A stretch of 64,000 nt of DNA from Basidiobolus meristosporus CBS 931.73 (GCA_002104905.1 MCFE01000297.1:37212-101211); one strand, 5' to 3'; shown: positions 28,204 through 40,529, counted from the stretch's first letter. Notes: a model not told the origin generated them from the letters alone. Program-made: numbers and translations.

Positions 28204-29088
28204 TTACTCTTCATAATGCTCCAGACACATTTCTCTCAGTGGATGTCTTCTTGTATGAACATACTGTGCATTAATAAGTATCTTAACTATTTTACCTATT
28301 CTGCTGTTTTCTCCTATATATGACTTTCCTCTGTATTTACCTGCCAATATGTTGAATCTCTTCAGATATCCAAATGTGTGCTCTTCCCTTACTCTGAAAT
28401 GATTAAATATCTCATTGTAGAGCTTCTGCTACCGGCTAAGCACACCATTCCTTGGCTTCCTATAAGCTGTAATACATCCTAATCTCTGACAATCCTCTCC
28501 TATATAGGCTAAGTCTGCCATACATTTCTCCCCTCTACTGAATTCAGGATGATTCTCTACCCAGAGTGCTTTGTCATTCCTACTTCCAGCAAATGGTCCA
28601 CTAAACCAGATGATGTTACCCTCAATGTCAGACAGTGCTTGAAACTTCACACAGTGTGCCTTGTACTTGCCAGAATAAAAGTGCCTCTGCCCTCTAGAAG
28701 GTCTGTTAATCCTCACTGGGAAGGTATCCAAAATACTCCTGATATGGAACCTGTTGCTGAACACTCTGGGATATGGAAGTCTATTGGAGCTTCTGAACCT
28801 AGTATCCCAAGCTTGCTCTAAGTCATTCATACCCTCTGCAAGGTGGTTCTCCATTGCTGTCAGCTGGGAATGAAAGCTTCTAGGACTTTTGTTGCCATGG
28901 ATGGTGGGATGAAACCTTGTGGGGCAGTAGTTCTTGTAATAGCAGAGAAGCTTAACAAGGGATCTCCTTGAGTAGATTGGGGTTGATGGTCCACAGTACT
29001 TGGAGTAGATCTCCTCTAGTGTGTCAAAAGGAAATCCAGTGGTAGTGATGGGATTGATGAGAAAAGACCATTCAGATGAGTAAGTCAT
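28204..29088 (-). pseudogene. DDE_Tnp_4-type (IS5/ISL2/PIF-Harbinger-like) transposase, ~294 codons, one internal TAG
   Basis: ILDTFPVRINRP, FYSGKYKAHCVKFQ, FSGPFAGSRND, MADLAYIG, RKP. Reading through the TAG at 28429-28431 continues in frame as QKLYNEIFNHFRVREEHTFGYLKRFNIL (third catalytic E region) to TAA at 28204. Confidence 0.9.
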
Positions 29089-29680
29089 ATTAAAATTGAT
29101 GGATGATTGTATAGAGGCAATTTGAACTGATTTGGCACAATCTGCGTTATTTATCTGATTTTTAATACATTATAGTTGAATCTCCATCAATTGCCATGTA
29201 TCCCATTATTATGTTGCAAAAATCATCTGCTAACAATGCCTTGGTACTTTATTGATGCTTTAATCATAGAACTATAATCAAATAGGAAATCTGCAATTGA
29301 TGTGATCTGATCCATGTCAACGCAATCCAAGATGCATCATGCATAATATATGGAAAATTCAACAATCACATTAGTTTTCATATATATTTCATATAAGACC
29401 ATGTTGATGCCAATATACTGTTGTATAAGTATCCAAATCCGTTGCTATGGTCCCCATACCAAGCCTCAACTCATCTTTAGTACAACCCAGACAAAACCCA
29501 TCCCCCAGCTCACAAGCACGGTCTGGACTGGAAAAATCAATGTAGGATCCGTTCAAGTTCTTGCCAAATGATTTTAGTATGGCCCAAGTGTCTATGATGA
29601 GCCTTCATACAGATATTTGGGCACTACTGATTAATCTAGCAGAACCAGATACCTCACAGAGTTGACAAAGATGGAAGAAT

Positions 29681-30682
29681 TTGAGTAGAAAGCTGAGGCA
29701 TGTGTTCTATATCAAGATGCCAGCCAATGTATGTAAAAAGATATATAACAAGACAAGTATTGAAATCAAGAATGAGCTGAGAGTGAGGGGATTTGACAAA
29801 GAAGCCGCGCAAGAACAATTTTGCGTGCAATTTGCACAGTATGGGCCGGACGCGTCCGCTTGTGCCTCAACTTTGGGAACCAAAGAGATTTTGAATGAGT
29901 TTTTCCCTCAAATGACTAATGTACTACATGATATATTAGTAGAGCTAAGTGGCTTCCAAGAGCAATATAGACAGGACTCATCAAGGCAACAGCTCCAAAG
30001 TATCAGACAGAGGGTAAGTGAATACCTTGAGGAATCAGATGGTGAGCTTTAGCAGGAAGAATACAGACCACAAGCAACATTGTTCAGATTGTGCCAGCAC
30101 GCCTTGCTGGATTCCCTACCATCTCTTGCAACCACAGCACGCCGGCGCACATCAGTCCAGACCACACCAACACCCTTTACCAGAACGCCCCGCATCAAGT
30201 CAACACGCGTGCTTCAGAGCAAAACTACAAGAACTTGCCAAACTGCTCATATAGACACAAGTCCATTGGAGCGGACCAAGTTGCGTCAACATGCGGCATC
30301 ACATCAAACTCAGCCAAGGGCCATCTCAACGCGTCAAGGTGCGCCTGCGTGTGCCGTTTTGCCTGACCATCAGCAAGTTACTTCTGGTGAACTGACTGAT
30401 GATGACCAACATGAAGTGCCTCAACCACCGGAGCCCTTGGCAAGTAAAAGAACACGTCAGCACATGGCACTACAGGCCGGTTCAGTTGGAGCAATTCAGT
30501 GCGGCCAAGCTGCAGCATTGCACTCATCAACTGGGAGGCAAAATACTGACTACAAATACACAAGTAGCCAAGATGATAGTCAGCCAGGAAGTAGTATAGG
30601 TGTGCAAAGTGAGTCACTACCAAATGCTTCAGTAGTAATCCCTGTGAGAAAAACCCAGGAGAAGATGATGCAATTGCTTTGA
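29681..30682 (+). pseudogene. Second ORF of the PHIS element (~333 codons, one internal TAG); possible SAP/HeH-like N-terminal motif and a disordered tail
   Basis: ORFs 29681-30052 and 30080-30682 share a frame, separated by one stop. IEIKNELRVRGF resembles the SAP-domain EL..EL..RGL core (weak). Confidence 0.55.
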
Positions 30683-31605
30683 ATTGCTCACATTTGTAAT
30701 GATCCCAACAACCCTTTTTTTTTTGCGATCTGAATCAAACCATTGCAAATCAGTGATCATCACATTTTTGATATAAGTGATATTAAGTTTGTCTCACATT
30801 TGAGACAGAACCCCTATAAATAAACACCCTGCATATATATACATCATCTGTAATACCAGTGCAGCTATTGGATCTGTTTTGCACCTACACAATTGCTTGC
30901 GTGCTAGCTATGACACCTTGTCCAATCACTAGGATCAGGGATTTACTTGCTCAATGGGCAAAATGGGATATTTGATGGCAAATCAGGTAGCTTTTTCAGT
31001 AGTCAATTAGCCAATTGGGGGCTGCCAGCTTCAGGAAACTTTTGGACCAATTAACCACTGAGATACTGTCCAATTGAAGTGAGGGTAACCAAAATGGTAA
31101 GTATCAGTGTAGTTTATAGTGTGATACACATTTATTTCCATTTACATTAAAGAAACATATCCAAATACTGGATTTTACCTGCCATAATAGCGGTATCCAA
31201 TTGCGCACGTGATGCAAACAATACTAGTTGGCGCGATCATCCATGCCAACCTCATTGTGTCAGATTGTGCCATAGTGTGCAAGATTGTCCCGCATAGTGC
31301 AAAATTGTCCAAGAACAATCCTGCCTTCTGGTAGCCATAATACTGCGCCCAATTGTTCTTTGCAACTGCGGATTGTGCCGCACGTCCTGGCACGGTACAA
31401 TAGAACAAGTCTATTATGTGGTTGAGTGTCAAACTGTTTGCCCCATAGACAGGACTACTTTGACTCAACACTATAAGCAAAGAGAGAAAAGACCATGCAG
31501 CTATTGTTGCAAGCCTTGCAGCCACAAAGCTTGCATATAGAATAGGAAGTATTACAAGGATCACAGCCAGTGTTTTGCCACACAATCCATGCTTAACCAT
31601 TCATA

Positions 31606-31690
31606 TATAGGCTCACTTGGCCTCCCTGGCACACTAGGGCATCATTTGGCATTCATGGAGCAATGTGGCTCCATGCAATGGAAGAAGTCC
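31606..31690. repeat. Degenerate right-end fragment of the foldback MITE
   Basis: TATAGGCTCACTTGGCCTCCCTGGCACACTA...CAATGGAAGAAGTCC matches the MITE right arm. Confidence 0.75.
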
Positions 31691-32199
31691 AAGATGTATG
31701 AGTTATATAAGTCTCCTGGATCTCACACATCTGACAGAAATACTGTCCATTGTGCTCAGAAAAGCCATTTACCTTGCCAATAGCTGGGGTCCACCCTATG
31801 CAGATAATAATATGCGCTTTATTATGATGGCTGATTAGTGATATCCTGAAGGAAAGCATTCAAGTTTCATGCAGCAATGGATATAGCTAGCTATCCAGGT
31901 TGACCTATGATTTAGGCCAGGACACCAGGGAAACCACCATCAGATTTTGCTCTAATAGCATACAATAGGCAGCAGATCAGATATATGAGAAATACCAGCC
32001 ATTTGGATTTGCTGGTAAAGTACTTGTTTAATGGGAATCCATCAAGTGCTAATGCAATGACATGGTCCTACATACTTACAGAGTAGCCCTTGCTTTGTAG
32101 CTGTTTGTAGTATTTGCCATTATATATTTCAGATATGTTTGCTCTTGATTGATGCTAAGTGTGGTACTTTATAAATTCACAATACTATCTCTCCTATAG

Positions 32200-34035
32200 C
32201 TTTACCCACTTGCATATATATGCTGCCAAAATATAAAGCAAAGTTCTCTGGTTTACATTCAAATGGCACTGCTGGCAGCAGCAGAAGAACATTTGGACAA
32301 CAGCTTGCTTTGAAATCCAGTGCAACAAGCAGGGCAACAAAGGCCATGTTGACAGTGTGCCTACTGGAAGTAATAAAGCAACTCCTCAGGCTCTCAGTCA
32401 AGTAGGCAATGAAGAATCTGTGTAGAGCTGCAAGTTGTCCATAATGCACAGGCAGATGAGACTGTAGCAAATGCAGCACCATTGGTTGAAGACCAACAAG
32501 TGACTGCTATTACATCACAGCCATCTGTGTTAGCAAGTATGTTGTCAGCTCATACCAAAGCATTTATGAGGCAATTAGCTGCAGCGGCTGATATAATAAA
32601 TGCAATGGCCAAGAGAAGTGAGAAAATAGCTCAGAGACAGGATGAGTGGGGAATATGTGTATTACAATCAATATCCCAGGCAGATAATGCAGTATGCTTC
32701 CTGCAATGAAGGAAGTTGAGTAGCTCAATTTCTCTGCCAAGAATTGAGCCATTTCCCAATGTAACAGTAGAGGCACACTGTGCATTATTCAAGCACAACA
32801 ACAGTGCCCTAAGATAAAGCTCACAGAAATACTTATCACAACATGGGAAGGAGAGACTCTGGTGCTTATACCTAAGCCCAAAAGCCAATAGACACTGAAA
32901 TATATGAAGACCTCAAGTTCAATGATAAAGAGTGGACTATTATATCAGAGGTTGTGAGAAAGTCTAGCACACATCACCTCAAGGTCAGCATACCATGGGA
33001 CTATTAGGAACTCAAGGCCATGCAGTATTCTCTTATCCTGCTCCATGAGAATTATACTGAATTGAAACAAGCAAATGGATTTTGGGCCAGCATTGGTATG
33101 CAAAGAAAGTAACTCAAGAATAGCAGAAACTATCAAAGGCAGAAGAACAAGGGTGCAATAGAATTGTTCTGTTGGATAGTGCCACATTGAGCCATGAGTG
33201 CCAAATGGTGCCATAGTGTGCCAGAGAGGCCAAGTGAACCTATACTTGGCCACAGAGTGTGACACATAGCTCTGCATCTTCATGCAAAGCAGCCCCTGTG
33301 TTTCACCTATGATGCAGAAGAAAATTCATTTTTTGATGTTTTTTTGTGGATCAAAGTTGTGCAGGATATGCAAGAGCACAGAGGAGCAGACAACATTGAT
33401 CAGGTACTCAGTACCCACGGCACTCTGAATCTAGCTCCTGTGGCTTGTAACATGTCACAAAAATGCATGGCACTATCTTGGTCCACTAGTACTATCCAGC
33501 ACTATATTTAATTATCAGCCCTAAAGTAAGATCTAAACAAAGCATTTATAGTGCCAGATAGTACCAGTGGACCAAGATAGTGCCATGCATTTTTGTGACA
33601 TGCAACAAGCCACAGGAGCTAGATTCAGAGTGCCATGGGTACTGAGTACCTGATGCATATCTTAAGTCATTTTGTGCTCCTACACATCCTGGACAACATT
33701 AATCCAAAAAAAGAGGGCAAAAAATGGATTTTCTCCAATACAACAGGTGAAACACAGAGGCTGCTTTGCATGAAGATGCAGAGCTATGTTACACACTCTG
33801 TGGCCAAGTATAGGATCACTTGGCCTCTCTTGCACACTATGGCATCATTTGTTGCTCATGGCTCAATGTGGCACTATCCAATGGAACAAGTCTACTGACT
33901 AATAACCAGTGGCTTCCTCAAGAGCTCATTACAAGCAGGGCCAAATGCTCCAGACAAGTGACAAAGAGACATCAGGTAGCTGAAGAATGCCAATGAGGGA
34001 TATGCAGGTAAATACAGATGCCCCAGCACAACAAA
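32200..34035 (+). repeat. Family C copy, inverted relative to 24000-27852, split by a MITE
   Basis: Starts MLPKYKAKF; reverse-complement match to ~26780-27852. Confidence 0.8.
33160..33893. mobile_element. Complete foldback MITE, flanks AAT / ACT
   Basis: Same TIRs and arms; the empty site in another family C copy reads GGTGC-ATT-GACTAA. Confidence 0.9.
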
Positions 34036-34043
34036 TAGCACGT

Positions 34044-35113
34044 TGTAGTAAAGTGACAGTGACACCCACTGACAGATGTGCTCATTCCCTTATTTTCTAC
34101 TTCCCTATGTCTCTACTACACTTATTTCAGTTTTATCCCATTTGTCTTACCCAATCAGTACTATCCCATAAGCCGGTTGACTATCACACCTGCTTACATT
34201 ATTGCATAAGCTACCCCTCACTTTATGTAAGATTACTAGCTATAAGTACTTCTATATTAGGCAAGTACCTGTGCCAGTACCTGTGACACATGATCAACCC
34301 ATGTCACCATGTCTACCATTTCCATACCATATATGGTATCCCTATGTTACACAGGTTTCAGAATACTGATTCCTGATTGGTTGGATGTGCTGTGCCTCTT
34401 AGAACCTTCTGGTACCTACTTAGAACATTCTTAGGTCATTCTGATGTCATTAAGATTTCTGTTGATATCCGGAACCTTCTTGAACAGCATATTTAGTAAT
34501 CACTTAGCCAGTCAGAAAAGTATATAAGGGAGGCTATCCCTCAACAATAAATCATCATCCCTTTTATCAATATACTGACTTGTTGATAAGTGTGATCACT
34601 GCTACCTGCTGCTATCTGAACATCCAACCCCAGACCACAAGACACTCCCAGGAAACCACGCTGACAGCCAACTGACCTTGGAGGGACTACTTGTGAGGAA
34701 TACTCAGATTAGGTATCTTTTATTATATTTGATTCTTTCCCTAGTTTGTTCTTGTACAGGCAAAGATACTTATCTGTCTTTGTAATTATTGACCACAGCT
34801 GCATTCTTATCAAGTCCCTGCTGGTGGAGTTTACAGTTCTTTTGACTTTGGAAGCTTTGGTACATTGTCATCTCTAAGGATGCTGAACCCAGTACATACT
34901 TCTGTTAAGACACCAACTAAGTTGGGGATTGTAGCTCAATAGTTTTCCCTTGACAAGCTTGTGGCTTTATTCCCCATCACATTATATTAGAGACAGAACA
35001 CAAGTATTCCTAGCAAGCTTTTGCCAGAGGTTATTGCACCCAGTGAACACCCCACACACAAAACACTTGAGAAGTGTTGAGGTATCTCTCCCTTGAGCCT
35101 ATACACCACCACA
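34044..35113 (+). mobile_element. Solo LTR family D, copy 2
   Basis: TGTAGT...CCACCACA termini, TATATAAG then AATAAA internally (defines orientation); flanks ACGT / ACAT. Confidence 0.85.
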
Positions 35114-35923
35114 ACATACAGAGTGTAATTTACATTCAGCAGCTTCCCCAGGAGTCTATCACAACTGGGTTGAAAGCTCAAACAAGCAGTCAAGAAATGC
35201 CAGCTTGCAGTAAGAGTGTTGGTAAGGAATAAGAAGGCAGAAATGGGTACTACAGTGCAGAATTTATTAAAAAGAACTTTAATTTCCATACAAGAACACT
35301 CAGAAAAAGTAGCATTAAGAGATCTAGGAGTGATCCAGGAATGGCAAAGGGAAAAAATTCTACCCAAACCAAAGACAGGGAATTTTAAATGGTGTTTTAC
35401 ATATAGTCTACGCCGTTTACTTTTTACTCTTTACTCATCTCATTATACAGAAATCCAACAAAACCAACGGTTCTTCCTATTTTGATAAACTTAAACAGAT
35501 GAAACAAGACTTGTTTAACAGATTCTTATCTCCAGAAGAACAAGACTTACATAAACAACTGAAGTGTAAGAAAAAAGCTGCAGTTCTTGTCAATTGGTGC
35601 CTGAACCCCAGAACAGGCTGAATTGCATCATTAGCAAGAATAATTACTAACAAGACAATAGCTGGAAAAGGGGCCTTTTAGCAGAAATACTTAATGAATG
35701 CTGGATTTTAACAGAGTTACTTGTTAAGTGCAAGGTTGGACTTAATCTTAGTGCTGGGTATAAGGTCATGTAAAGGTTGGTTCATTCTGTAATCAAGTGT
35801 AAAAAGGTCACAACTGAAGATTGAAAGGAAATAAACCAGTTTGAATGCATGAAAAGTAAAAGCTTTGTATGAGTCAGCAAGTAAGGAGTGTGAAAAGTGA
35901 CTGTAGCCAATCAATGTACACAG

Positions 35924-36995
35924 TGTGGTGGTGTATAGGTCCAAGGGAGAGATACCTCCAACACTTCTCAAGTGTTTTGTGTGTGGGGTGTTCACTGGGT
36001 GCAATAACCTCTGGCAAAAGCTTGCTAGGAATACTTGGGTTCTGTCTCTAATCTAATGTGATGGGGAATAAAGCCACAAGCTTGTCAAATGGAAAACTAT
36101 TGAGTTATAATCCCCAACTTAGTTGGCGGCTTAACAAAAGTATATGCTGGGTTCAGCGTCCTTTGAGATGACAATGTACTAAAGCTTCCAAAGTCAAAAC
36201 AACTGTAAACTCCACCAGCAGGGACCTGATAAGAATGCAGCTGTGGTCAATAGTTACAAAGACAGATAAGTATCTTTGCCTGTACAAGAACAAACTTGGG
36301 AAAGAATCAAATATAATAAAAGATACCTACTCTGAGTATTCCTCACATGTAGTACCTCCAAGGTCAGTTGGCTGTCAGCGTGGTTTCCTGGGAGTGTCCT
36401 GTGGTCTGGAGTTGAAAGTTTAGGTAGCAGCAGGTAGCAGTGATCACACTAATCAACAAGTTGGTATACTGATAAAAGGGATGATGATTTATTGTTGAGG
36501 GATAACCTCCTTTGTATACTTTTCTCACTGGTCAAGTTATTACTAATCATGGTGTTCCAGAAGGTTCTGGAGATCAATAGAAATCCTAATGGCATCAGAA
36601 TGAGCTAAGAGTATTTTAAGTAGGTGCCTGAAGGTTCTAAGAGGCGCATTACATCCCACCAATCAGGAGTCAATATTATGAGACCTGTGTAACATATGGA
36701 TACCATATACAGTATGAATATGGCTGGGATGGTGACACGGGTTGATAATGTGTCACTGGTACTGGCGTGGGTACTTGCCTAATATTGAAGCACCTACAGC
36801 TAGTAATCTTACATAAAGTGAGGGATGACTTATGCAATAAGGTATGTAGGTGTGATAGTCAATTGGCTTATGGGATTGCACTGATCAGGTAAGACAAATC
36901 AGATAAAACTAAAATAAGTGTAGTAGAGATGTAGGGAAGTAGAGAATATGGGAATGAGCACATCTGTCAGTAGGTGTGACTGTCACCCCACTACA
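35924..36995 (-). mobile_element. Solo LTR family D, copy 3, 4-bp TSD ACAG
   Basis: TG...CA termini with ACAG on both sides; interrupts repeat family E. Confidence 0.88.
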
Positions 36996-37526
36996 ACAGA
37001 AGTAGGAGGTGATTGAGTGTCCAGGACCAGAAAGTGGGAAAATTGGCAGAGAACCAATCAAAAGCCATTCAAGTATTATTGCAATGAAAAATTTTGACCA
37101 TGTATTTTGTGATATCTGAGGTGCAATTCTTTTTTAACAGTCTTTGTATGGTGTGCTTAGAGTGTCAATACTTTTTAGTTATGGGATTTATATTTTGCAT
37201 CAGCCTTTTGCCAGGATCACTACTATGATTTTTAATAGGGTCTTGAGTGCAATATGCATGAAATATAACCTGCATATGCAATAACATGGATGATATCTTC
37301 TTAGTTGTGTAGTAATGCAACAATATAGATATACTCTACCTACTGTATGATTAGCACTTGTCATAGTTAGTACACCAATGCTTGTCAGTACTCCCTGGCA
37401 AATGGCCTCTGTCTACTTTATATATTCCAGGATGTTTATAGTACTATGGGGATATATGAATCCTTCAGTTATGATTGCAATGAGAGTCATGCAACAAAAC
37501 ATTAGGAAGACCATCTTGTTGTATAT

Positions 37527-37725
37527 TAATGAGCTTGCTTTGAGCAGTATTGTCTCACTATAATCAGGTTATATTGTGGCTTATTATAAGTAATTTTGAG
37601 CTAAGAGAATGCAAATGGCTTGCATAATGAGCTTGCTTTGAGCAGTATTGTCTCACTATAATCAGGTTATATTGTAGCTTATTACAAGTAATTTTGAGCT
37701 AAGAGAATGAGAATGGCTTGCATAA
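37527..37725. repeat. Recent 98-bp tandem duplication
   Basis: Two near-identical units starting AATGAGCTTGCTTTGAGCAGTATTG at 37528 and 37626. Confidence 0.95.
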
Positions 37726-38032
37726 GGAAAATTTGCTTAGTCAGATTGGTCAACTATTGGCTGTTTGAGAAAATTATCTTGTAGAAACTGGCCCATTTCA
37801 CTGGCATCTTGACTGTATGTATGAAGTTCTGACCCAAACCAGGGTAATAAGCATCACATTGTTTTATTAAACATGGGTGCTATATTTCACATTGTTTATT
37901 AGCCATAAGTGATCTTGGTTGACTGTCCAGAAAAGGAATGAGCCATTGTGAGTGCAGTAGCAGTGCGGCAAGATATATGTATATACTTCTCTGGTGCAAT
38001 ATAGAACTGTTGATACACTGAGTAAAAGTTTA

Positions 38033-38449
38033 TCATTGCTGAACCATGGCAATGAGGTAATTGGTGCCATCTTCTAAGTGCTCAGCACCCTTCTGCTTGG
38101 CATACTTGGATGTGCGGCCTGAACCTTCTACTTCAAGGCTAGGGCCTGCTTGAAGCTGAACATTGAGACTCTTGTCACTGTTGGCATTGGCAGTGTTCAG
38201 ATTGTCATGCTTTCTGGTCATGGAGGTGAATACCTGACACAACAATGGCACTTGGACTTTTGGTGTTTCAACAGTGGGCTGGACCTGGACTTGCAGGTAG
38301 CAGTTGCTTACTTGGTCCAAGCATGAATACCTGCAATAATGGAATCTTCTATGCTCACATTTGCCTGATTTAGAGCACAGGACTGGAGCAGCAATGGTGG
38401 CTTGAAGAGAGGCAAGGCCCAAGATCAATGCTGCAATGAATGCACACAT
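38033..38449 (-). CDS. Secreted family A protein, diverged CpG-poor copy with altered C-terminus (possibly decaying)
   Basis: Signal-peptide-like start; paralogous to 44254-44751 (LLxQVFTxxTRKHDNLNxANANS, QAGPSLExEG, YAKQKGAEHLED). Confidence 0.6.
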   Translation of the reverse strand: MCAFIAALILGLASLQATIAAPVLCSKSGKCEHRRFHYCRYSCLDQVSNCYLQVQVQPTVETPKVQVPLLCQVFTSMTRKHDNLNTANANSDKSLNVQLQAGPSLEVEGSGRTSKYAKQKGAEHLEDGTNYLIAMVQQ

Positions 38450-39236
38450 CTTCGAGAACTACTGAGTTCATTGCCAAGTACACTGGGGAATCTATAGCAT
38501 GGGAATCATTATAGCCTGGTTATAACATTGATGATAGCAATAGTTTGTTAAAATTATGAACCTGCATTGTGTCGGATTGAAAAGCAGCATTGGCTCTACC
38601 ATCAGAAGCTCAATTGCATTCATATTGCCTAGTTTATATGGTTGCAGTATGAAAAATACACCAATAAATGCACTTATGATTTTGATATTTCAGCTGTAGT
38701 ATGTTAATTAACAAATCATGGCCAATGATGATTCATATTAATATTAGGTGGCTAAATGTTATGTTTTTTTAGTCAATGTGTTGAATCCCACCAAAATAGC
38801 TGATCATGAAGCACTTATGTGCTGACCTCTTGTATTTCTGGTCTCCACTATATATACAGGGGGGTGGCTGAATGATGATGATCCAGGGCTGTTGCTGTTG
38901 TAAAAATTTGTATTTCCACCTAAATATTCACCTAACTTAGTCACTTAGATCATCACCTTCCAATCCTAGAGAATACTGACCAAATTCCTTGTCGGGATTT
39001 ACTTAGAATATTTTCACCAAAATACCAGGTACCCAGAACATGAAAATTCTCAAAGTTGTCCAAACAGCCCCAAACTTTGCACACATGTTCTTGGGACCTT
39101 CCTTAACCTATTCTACGTGTTTGTAATGCCAAGACCAGGTAAAAGTATAAATACCACTTTTACATTCAATAAATCATTAAGTGAAAACCACATAATCTAC
39201 TTGTTCTCCAAATCACTTCCAATATCTCCAAGACTC

Positions 39237-39530
39237 TTACAACAGTTGCTGCTTAGGCTGATAGAGTGTCTGGTTGATAACATGTACTTGGTCAAACTGA
39301 TTGGTGTTCAACAGGACATCAGCATCACTGGATGAGTGCACATTCAATCTGTCTAACAAGGCCTGTCTTGGTTGCATATTGGCTACTTTGAAGTAGGGCA
39401 TGCTGTAGGGTGACTCTGGCTGATTTGAAGTGTAATCCATTAAGTTTTCACCTTGGCCTTCATTGTTGCCCTCATTCCCATCCATACAGTTGTGATGTTT
39501 GCAGCAGTTGAAGTGTTGTGATGAATACAC
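39237..39530 (-). pseudogene. Diverged family B paralog remnant
   Basis: QPRQALLDRLNVHSSSDADVLLNTNQFDQVHVINQTLYQPKQQ matches family B; no signal peptide in frame. Confidence 0.7.
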
Positions 39531-40529
39531 ATTGATACCATTGGCTCTCTCTACCCTTTGACTCTATAAATTAAAGCCAACACCACCCTAGGTTAATGTT
39601 CCACCTTGAAGATTTATCTGGTGCAATAGCAATCACTTAGGTAGAGGCAATGTACAATGCCAGTAAAGTGATGTTGAGTTTCATTTTTGCTAAGCCAACT
39701 TGAGGTGTTTGATGCAATGCATAATGCTAATTGTAAATCTAGCTCAGTATACTATTGACCAATGGTAAAGTTATCAATTCATTTGTAATCCCAAAGCACT
39801 CACAAAGATTGCTGCAGGACTTTGGTGGCAATACTGGTAATAAGCCTTTGATGTCATACACACCAACATACCATCAACCTGAGTCTCCAGACACCTATTC
39901 ATTGTTGGACAACACTCAGACAGATTCTGCACAGAGCAAATAGAGTAATCAATATATATAGCTATTGCTGAGACATTTACAGTTACTATATAGAGCATAT
40001 TTGGCCAGGATCACATCTAGCACCACAATAACCTACCTTCATCTCAAGGGACAGCTGCTAAAAGTACATAAGAATATGAGTTAACATCTGTAACTAGCCA
40101 CAAGAGAGGCATCATCATGAAGTATGAAACTTTTTGTGCCTAACAGGCTAGCATGGATACTATCTAGTAGCTACATATACTACTGAAAGCATCATGTCAC
40201 CAAATCATACTCTCCCTACTCATTCAAGGACTAAGGTACATTGTAGATACCTCACAGACTCCAAAACATGAGCGTACACATATACATATAGAATAGTGAA
40301 GGTAAAAAATTGTACACTTGCAGCTCTGACATTTATAGTATCTAGATATACTATTTCTGTCCAGAATAGTGATTTTCAAGGGTAGCTACTAAAGGTACTC
40401 TAAGAGCTTCTGGAACTTCTTTGTGCCAGACATGAATGAGCAATTATAGCTTGAAATCTAGTGTTGTCTATGAGAAATGTAAATCTGATAATTCTGCTAT
40501 GTTCCTGATTGTGATTGTAGAGAGGTAAT

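Larger units (their letters stand above)
28031..31412. mobile_element. PHIS-superfamily DNA transposon (~3.4 kb), probable parent of the foldback MITE; TSD ATT
   Basis: Left TIR AGACTTGTTCCATTGGATAGTGCC matches the MITE TIR; right TIR GGCACGGTACAATAGAACAAGTCT; ATT on both sides; contains a transposase and a divergent second ORF. Confidence 0.85.

Noticed and set aside
28429-30055. Programmed readthrough or alternative code, because both PHIS ORFs are broken by TAG-CAG
   Set aside because: Single substitutions from CAG/GAG explain both, the CARYYA readthrough context is not met, and other genes here end at TAG/TAA normally.
22844-35113. One giant palindrome or composite transposon (D-C-MITE ... 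MITE-C-D) centred on the transposase
   Set aside because: The D LTRs and MITEs each have their own target duplications at non-homologous sites, so they are independent insertions; only the family C tracts are truly inverted.
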